A stretch of 64,000 bases of DNA from Alloascoidea hylecoeti (Eukaryota). The stretch's first letter is position 1. Each line of letters opens with the position of its first letter. Both the position numbers and the translations under genes were made by a program. The DNA lies in contig BCKZ01000005.1 in NCBI GenBank assembly GCA_001600815.1, forward strand, positions 681,727 through 745,726, given 5' to 3'. This document shows positions 58,343-64,000 of the stretch, piece after piece. The notes below the pieces were generated by a model. The model ran no database searches. It saw nothing but the letters and a program-made list of their open reading frames with translations, and was not told where the DNA came from.

Positions 58343-59863
58343 TTAGACAGGGAAAACCGTCATTAATTGATTAATAGTATATTCTGCAGTAAGATCAGCA
58401 GGATCTTTAAAAACATTTGGTCTTAATTGTAATTTATTTGCAAGATCAACTAATACTTTTTTCCCATAAATTTTCCCATTTGGTAGTAAAACTGGATCTT
58501 CATCAATATGAGATCTAAAATGTTGTGAATAAGGTAAATTATAAGATAAACAATTTAAATCAGGTGAACATATTGGACAATTTCTTGCCTTTGATTCGTA
58601 AACAGGTTCATTATCTTCATCATTTTCATTTTCATTATCATTTTCATTTTCATAATCAATATCAATTTTACCATCAATTTGAATATCAGATAAAGATTTA
58701 TTAATTGTTGGTTGTTTACAAGATTTTGTTTTTAGAGCAGTTACACCAGCAGATAAAGCAACTAAAAGTAAAGGATCTTTTGGTAATTTATAAACATCTT
58801 TTAATGTTTCAACAAATAAAGTAGCTAAATCTTTATATCTTTCATCAGTAAAATAACTTTTATATTTTGTAAAATTTGTTAATAATAAAGGATAATTATC
58901 AGATTCTTTCATTGAATCAGAAGATAATTCATTAATTGATGATGGATTAAAAACCAATAATGCACTACAAAATTTTAAAATTTCCCATTTTGTTGTATAA
59001 AATTTAATTAAATAATTTTGATAATAATCTTTTGCTTCTTTAATTTTTTCAATTTCAATTAATTCAACAAATTGTTGTACTCTAATTTCAAATTCTAATG
59101 AATTATTATTTGTTATTGAAATTTTTTTTAAAAATAATTTATTATCTAAACACCATTTTAAACATAATTTTGTTGATTTTTGTAAAATTAATGAATCTTT
59201 TATATTTAAACATTTTTCCATAATTTCATAATCAATAAAAGGTGATAAATTTTCATTATCAATTAATAATTTTGCAGATTTAATTGAACCATTTCTTAAT
59301 AAATAATCAATTATCATTCTACTTAATCTTGATCTATTCCATGAATCAAATTGATTTTGTTTTAATTTATTATTATCATTTGAATTTAAATTATTATCAA
59401 TTGTTGGATTTAAATTTAAATTTATATTGAAATTAATTTTATCATCAATTTCATTTAAATTATCATCTAATTTTCTTCTTTTAAAATCCATATGAAGTTC
59501 ACCAAATGTTAAATCATTTAAAGAATTTGAATCAATTAACTCAATTGTTTTTAAATATTTAAATCTTTTATCAATTGTATTAATTGATTCTTTACTTTCT
59601 TTTGATAAATTTAATAAATTATTTTTTAAATTTTTTGCAATATTTATAAGATTTGAAATTTTTAAAAGGTTTTCATTATATTCTTGTTGATTATTTGATT
59701 CTGATAATGATTTTGTTAATTGTTTTAAATCAATATTTAAATGATGTGTTTCTTTTTCAATGATTTTTTGAGATGATTTGAATTGTCTTTTTAATTGTTC
59801 AAATGGAACACGAATTAAGGGTTCTTCCAATTGAAGTTGATATTCATTTGTTAATTTTGACAT
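58343..59863 (-). CDS. FYV10: GID/CTLH E3 ligase subunit Fyv10/Gid9/MAEA
   Basis: LEEPLIRVPFEQLKRQFKSSQKIIEKE, LisH (MIIDYLLRNG), CTLH/CRA and CPICS..LPYSQH. Start MSKLT at 59863. Confidence 0.92.
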   Translation of the reverse strand: MSKLTNEYQLQLEEPLIRVPFEQLKRQFKSSQKIIEKETHHLNIDLKQLTKSLSESNNQQEYNENLLKISNLINIAKNLKNNLLNLSKESKESINTIDKRFKYLKTIELIDSNSLNDLTFGELHMDFKRRKLDDNLNEIDDKINFNINLNLNPTIDNNLNSNDNNKLKQNQFDSWNRSRLSRMIIDYLLRNGSIKSAKLLIDNENLSPFIDYEIMEKCLNIKDSLILQKSTKLCLKWCLDNKLFLKKISITNNNSLEFEIRVQQFVELIEIEKIKEAKDYYQNYLIKFYTTKWEILKFCSALLVFNPSSINELSSDSMKESDNYPLLLTNFTKYKSYFTDERYKDLATLFVETLKDVYKLPKDPLLLVALSAGVTALKTKSCKQPTINKSLSDIQIDGKIDIDYENENDNENENDEDNEPVYESKARNCPICSPDLNCLSYNLPYSQHFRSHIDEDPVLLPNGKIYGKKVLVDLANKLQLRPNVFKDPADLTAEYTINQLMTVFPV

Positions 59864-60094
59864 TATATATTGATTGATAAGAAAGGAGAAGGAAAAACGG
59901 GAGTTTGTGGAGTGGCAATTTAAATGGAAATGAAATGTGAATGTTAACATCCTTTAATCTTTGTTAAAATAAATATGGAAAATGAAAACGAACATGAAAA
60001 TGAAAAAATGAAAAAAAAAAAATTAAAAAATTTTGAAACCTCCAATTTTTATATTTCAAAATAAAACTTTCAAAATTATATAAAAATTAAAATA

Positions 60095-61192
60095 ATGAAT
60101 ATATCATCATCTCAAGAATGGTCTTTTGGCTCTGAATATGTTCTTGGATTAATTCCTTCATCTCAAGGAATTGTTGTTACTCTTAGTGATTCTTCAATTC
60201 ATATAATCCCCAAACAATCATCATCTTCAATTAAATATATAACAAATGCTCATAAAAACTCTTCAATAACAGGGGTAAAATCCGTAGATGGAAATTCTGA
60301 CTCGAATGTCATTGCAACTTCAGGACAAGATGGTGTTAAACTATGGGATTTACGAAATGAATCAAAGAACCCAATTTGGTCCGCACAACCATTAAACAAA
60401 TCAGCAATAACTTCAATTGATATAAATTCAACTACAAATCCTAATAAAATTGCAGTTGGTACAGAACTAACCGGATCAGATGCTGGAGTTTTCATATGGG
60501 ATTATAGATTTAATACAGCCCCAATTATATCATATACAGATTCTCATAATGATGATATAACAGATATAAAATTCCATCCTTTAAATTCTAAAATATTAAT
60601 ATCTGGGTCAACAGATGGTTATATTAATATTTATGATACCTCAATAAATGAAGAAGAAGATGCTTTATTTCAAACAATTAATCATTCATCGATTCATTCA
60701 TGTGGTTTTACATCAAATAAAAGAATATATGCTTTATCACATATTGAAACATTATCAATTTATGAATTAAATGATAACGATTTTGGAAAAGAAGAAGATC
60801 TAGAAGTTATTACTCCGATTGAATTTGGAGATCTACGACCATTATTAAATTGTGATTATACAATTGATTTAATACCAAATTATATAGCGATTGGTAATAA
60901 TAATAATGATAATAATAATAATAATTGTAGATTAGTTTCATTCGAAACCAATGAAACCAATAATGAAACAATTGAAACAAATAAAACAATTTCATTAATT
61001 GGAGGACATGGAGAAGAAGTTATTAGAAGTATTTATAAAAATAAAAATGGAAAGGAGATTTTTACAGGAGGAGAAGATGGAATTGTTAAGATTTGGAATA
61101 TTGATAATGAAGTTAAACATAAACATAAAAATAAAAATAAGAAGAATAAAAGTAAGAAAAGTGGCCATGGTGTTCGATATAAGCCATATTAA
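60095..61192 (+). CDS. WD40 protein of the WDR89/YNL035C type
   Basis: AVGTELTGSDAGVFIWD, YTDSHNDDITDIKFHP, SGSTDGYINIYD, LSHIET and GGHGEEVIR. Confidence 0.88.
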   Translation: MNISSSQEWSFGSEYVLGLIPSSQGIVVTLSDSSIHIIPKQSSSSIKYITNAHKNSSITGVKSVDGNSDSNVIATSGQDGVKLWDLRNESKNPIWSAQPLNKSAITSIDINSTTNPNKIAVGTELTGSDAGVFIWDYRFNTAPIISYTDSHNDDITDIKFHPLNSKILISGSTDGYINIYDTSINEEEDALFQTINHSSIHSCGFTSNKRIYALSHIETLSIYELNDNDFGKEEDLEVITPIEFGDLRPLLNCDYTIDLIPNYIAIGNNNNDNNNNNCRLVSFETNETNNETIETNKTISLIGGHGEEVIRSIYKNKNGKEIFTGGEDGIVKIWNIDNEVKHKHKNKNKKNKSKKSGHGVRYKPY

Positions 61193-61300
61193 TAGCAATA
61201 TGTTACTATGGTAGCGCCTTTAATATAAATAGTTGTGTCTTAACGTTATACGTCAATTTCAATTTCGATAATTAGTACTTCTACTTATAAATAATTCTAC

Positions 61301-63183
61301 ATGAGATCAAAAACTTATCAACCAGGAACAGCTTTAACTGTAGGAAATCACTCAGTTATTGTTGATAGATATATATCAGAAGGTAATTATGCTCCTCATT
61401 TTAAATATTAACATTATATTCCAAATTCTTACAATATCTGATAGGTGGATTTTCTCAAGTTTATTTGGTGAAAATCAATCCTCCATACAATGGTACAAAC
61501 ATCGCATGTTTAAAACGATCAATCACATCAGATAAATCAACTTCAAATCTTCTAAAAGCTGAAGTTGATACAATGGTAAGTTTACATATTTATAAATCAT
61601 TACAATCAATTTAACCAAGAAACTAATCATTGATTCAAGAAACGATTAAATATTAATCGGTAAAACTGATAGAGTAAAAAAGATAAAGTAAATAGTATAT
61701 TAAATAGGAATAAGAAAAAGTAGAGAGTTAAATCCAATGGATTTAACTGTCTTATATATGTAACTATATAGGCTAAATAATAATAAGGAGGTGGCAATAA
61801 TATTAAGGGGCTTGCTGTAGTATATGAATGACCACGTAACCCCTGCATATCTAATATGCAAGGCATGTAGTTTAATATAAATCTGAAACATATGTAGATC
61901 ATTTGATGATTGATCTGCACTGCATATCGGATATGTAAGCATGAAATAAGTTAATTAAAATTGAAATAACAACATTAAAAGGTTCACAATATATCGTTGA
62001 ATATATAGATTCAAATACCAATAATATATTAATGGAATATTCACATAATAATTTAATCAATTTAATTAATTTTAAAATTAAAAATGATTCATTTATAAAA
62101 GAAGATGATATTTTAACAATTTCATTAAATATTTCAATAGCATTATCACAATTACATTATTTAAAACCACCATTAATTCATCGAGATTTAAAAATTGAAA
62201 ATGTATTAATTCATCATCATAATAATGAAGATAAAAATCATGAATATAAATTATGTGATTTTGGATCAACTTCAACAATAATCAAATCTCCAAGAAATTC
62301 TCAAGATTATAAAATTTTACAAGATAATATTTTAAAAACAACAACAAAAGAATATAGAAGTCCAGAAATGATTGATTTATTTAAAGGTTTTGAAATTAAT
62401 GAAAAATGTGATATTTGGGCATTAGGTTGTTTTATTTATAAATTATGTTATTTTAAAACTCCTTTTGAAAATTTAGGTGAATATGGGATATTAAATTCAA
62501 TATTTCAATTTCCAAATTTTGACAAAAGTAAAGGAAATGGTAGAAATTATTCAAATAAATTAAAAAATTTAATAGTTAATTTATTAAATAGAAATCCAGA
62601 TGAGAGACCTAATATTTATCAAGTTATTAAAGAGATTTGTTCAATGAAAAATATACCTGTTCCAATAAAGAATATTTATTCATCTCAGTTATCAACACAA
62701 ATAGAAACAGAAACAGAAATACCAAAACAAACACAAACACAAACACAAACACAAATTACAATTAAAATTCAAGATAATTCTAAATCTTTAACAAATATCT
62801 ATAATTATAATAATCAAAATAAACGAACATTTAAAATGAATCATAAAAATCAAAGTACAACAACTTTAACCAATATTGATGATGATTCATCAATATCATA
62901 TATGAAAATGAGTTCATATAAATTAAAAAGAATTCAAAATAATATTCAAACTCGTATTGATAAATTAAACATAATTAATAATAATAATAATAATAATCAT
63001 AATAATAATAATAATAATAATCTTACTAATATTAAAGGTTATAAAACATTTAATAAAAATCAATCAGAACCAATTTTATCACTAAATTTAAAAAATGATA
63101 TTGATCATGGCTTGAAAAATAGAGAACCACCACCAAGACCTAAAAAACCAATTCGTTTAAAAACATTTCCAATTATTAGGTAA
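61301..63183 (+). CDS. Ark1/Prk1-family Ser/Thr kinase. Introns 61383-61444 and 61576-61639; exon 3 interrupted by a 324-bp insertion, so possibly a pseudogene.
   Basis: YQPGTALTVGNHSVIVDRYISEG|GFSQVYLV, ACLKR, PPLIHRDLKIENVL, KLCDFGS, YRSPEMIDL, DIWALG and a C-terminal PPPRPKKP. Confidence 0.88.
61651..61974. mobile_element. Solo LTR-like insertion with a 5-bp target-site duplication (TTAAA)
   Basis: Flanked by TTAAA at 61646-61650 and 61975-61979. Ends in CAACA (TGTTG on the minus strand); the other end is TATTA. Removing it and one TSD restores AAA CGA TTA AAA GGT (KRLKG). Confidence 0.8.
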
Positions 63184-63302
63184 GAATCACAAAAAGTTTA
63201 ACAATTAAAAATATATAAGGACAATATAATGAGTTTGATATAAAAATGTATATGAGAATAAAAATGTATATATACGAAAAAAAAAAATTAAAAGTATATC
63301 AT

Positions 63303-64000
63303 CTAATGACCACCAAGAGTAACACCATCATGTTCAGTTATATAATCTTCATGATTTTCATCTTCAGGAACATCAACCAAAGTGATTTGCCCATCAGCAA
63401 CGTTATAAACAGCACCATAAACTTTCAAATCACCTCTTCTAATTGCTTCGAGAACAGATTCATGTCTCAGTACATTATGAACTTGACTAACGACATTTAA
63501 TTCAACCAATTTTTTACATTTTAAAGCAGGATCTTCAATTGCATCAATTATTGATTTATTTCGAGCTTTAACATCTTTGATGTTCCTTATCCAATGGTCC
63601 ATAACACCACCGATTCTTCTTGTTGCTAAAGCAGCCCAAACACCACCACAATCAGTGTGTCCACATATAACAATCTTACTAACTTTTAAAACATCAACAG
63701 CAAATTGAACAACAGATAAAGAAGATAAATCACCAAATGGAACTAAATTAGCAATGTTTCGATGAACAAAGACTTCACCAGGGTTTAAGTCTAAACATTG
63801 ATCACCAGCTCTTGAATCTGAACAACCAATCCATAAAGTATGTGGAGACTGACCATGAGAAATAGTTGGAAATAATTGTGGATATTTTTCATTTGTTGCA
63901 TCGGCCCATTCATGATTATGTTGAATTAAATCATTTATTGAACATTTATGATTTAATTTAAAAAGTTGTTTTGAACCAGCACTTTCATTTGTTGAGGACA
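63303..64000 (-). CDS. NCE103: Beta-class carbonic anhydrase, 5' end beyond the window
   Basis: GQSPHTLWIGCSDSRAG, GEVFVHRNIAN, IVICGHTDCGG and LVELNV. Confidence 0.95.
   Translation of the reverse strand, partial: SSTNESAGSKQLFKLNHKCSINDLIQHNHEWADATNEKYPQLFPTISHGQSPHTLWIGCSDSRAGDQCLDLNPGEVFVHRNIANLVPFGDLSSLSVVQFAVDVLKVSKIVICGHTDCGGVWAALATRRIGGVMDHWIRNIKDVKARNKSIIDAIEDPALKCKKLVELNVVSQVHNVLRHESVLEAIRRGDLKVYGAVYNVADGQITLVDVPEDENHEDYITEHDGVTLGGH

Noticed and set aside
59864..59950. Longer FYV10 start given in the ORF track
   Set aside because: The extension is low-complexity promoter-like sequence; family similarity begins after the ATG at 59863.

Overview
AT-rich, intron-rich budding-yeast (Saccharomycotina-type) nuclear DNA that appears to use the standard code (CTG=Leu in EFM6). 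About 25 protein genes are supported: a DAL5-family permease spanning an N gap, TIF32, a PH-domain protein, a SurE-like protein, a His/Pro-repeat membrane protein, HIS5, NUP159, MCM22/CENP-K, TTI2, a PsuG-PsuK fusion, FAP1, a 131-aa orphan, GPI15, BDP1, IDH1, FMC1, a GH15 glucoamylase, GLO1, a PPR protein, EFM6, BMT5, FYV10, WDR89, ARK1/PRK1 and NCE103. Many were rebuilt by hand across 24 spliceosomal introns, and many are also neighbours in S. cerevisiae. The most unusual region is a 33.9-38.1 kb island: two inverted, decayed F-box/WD40 paralogues enclose a dead atypical kinase, a 48-bp inverted repeat and an AVT3/4 fragment. A third F-box remnant lies at 42.6 kb and the next AVT3/4 piece at 56.5 kb on the opposite strand. 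Other highlights are a solo LTR with a 5-bp TSD inside an ARK1/PRK1 exon, a spliced TTG-initiated presequence-like extension of GLO1, a SurE with degenerate catalytic motifs and Pho4-type sites, and frequent AAG but no CAG intron acceptors. I recognised no tRNA, rRNA or CRISPR. All calls come from reading by eye; no searches were run.
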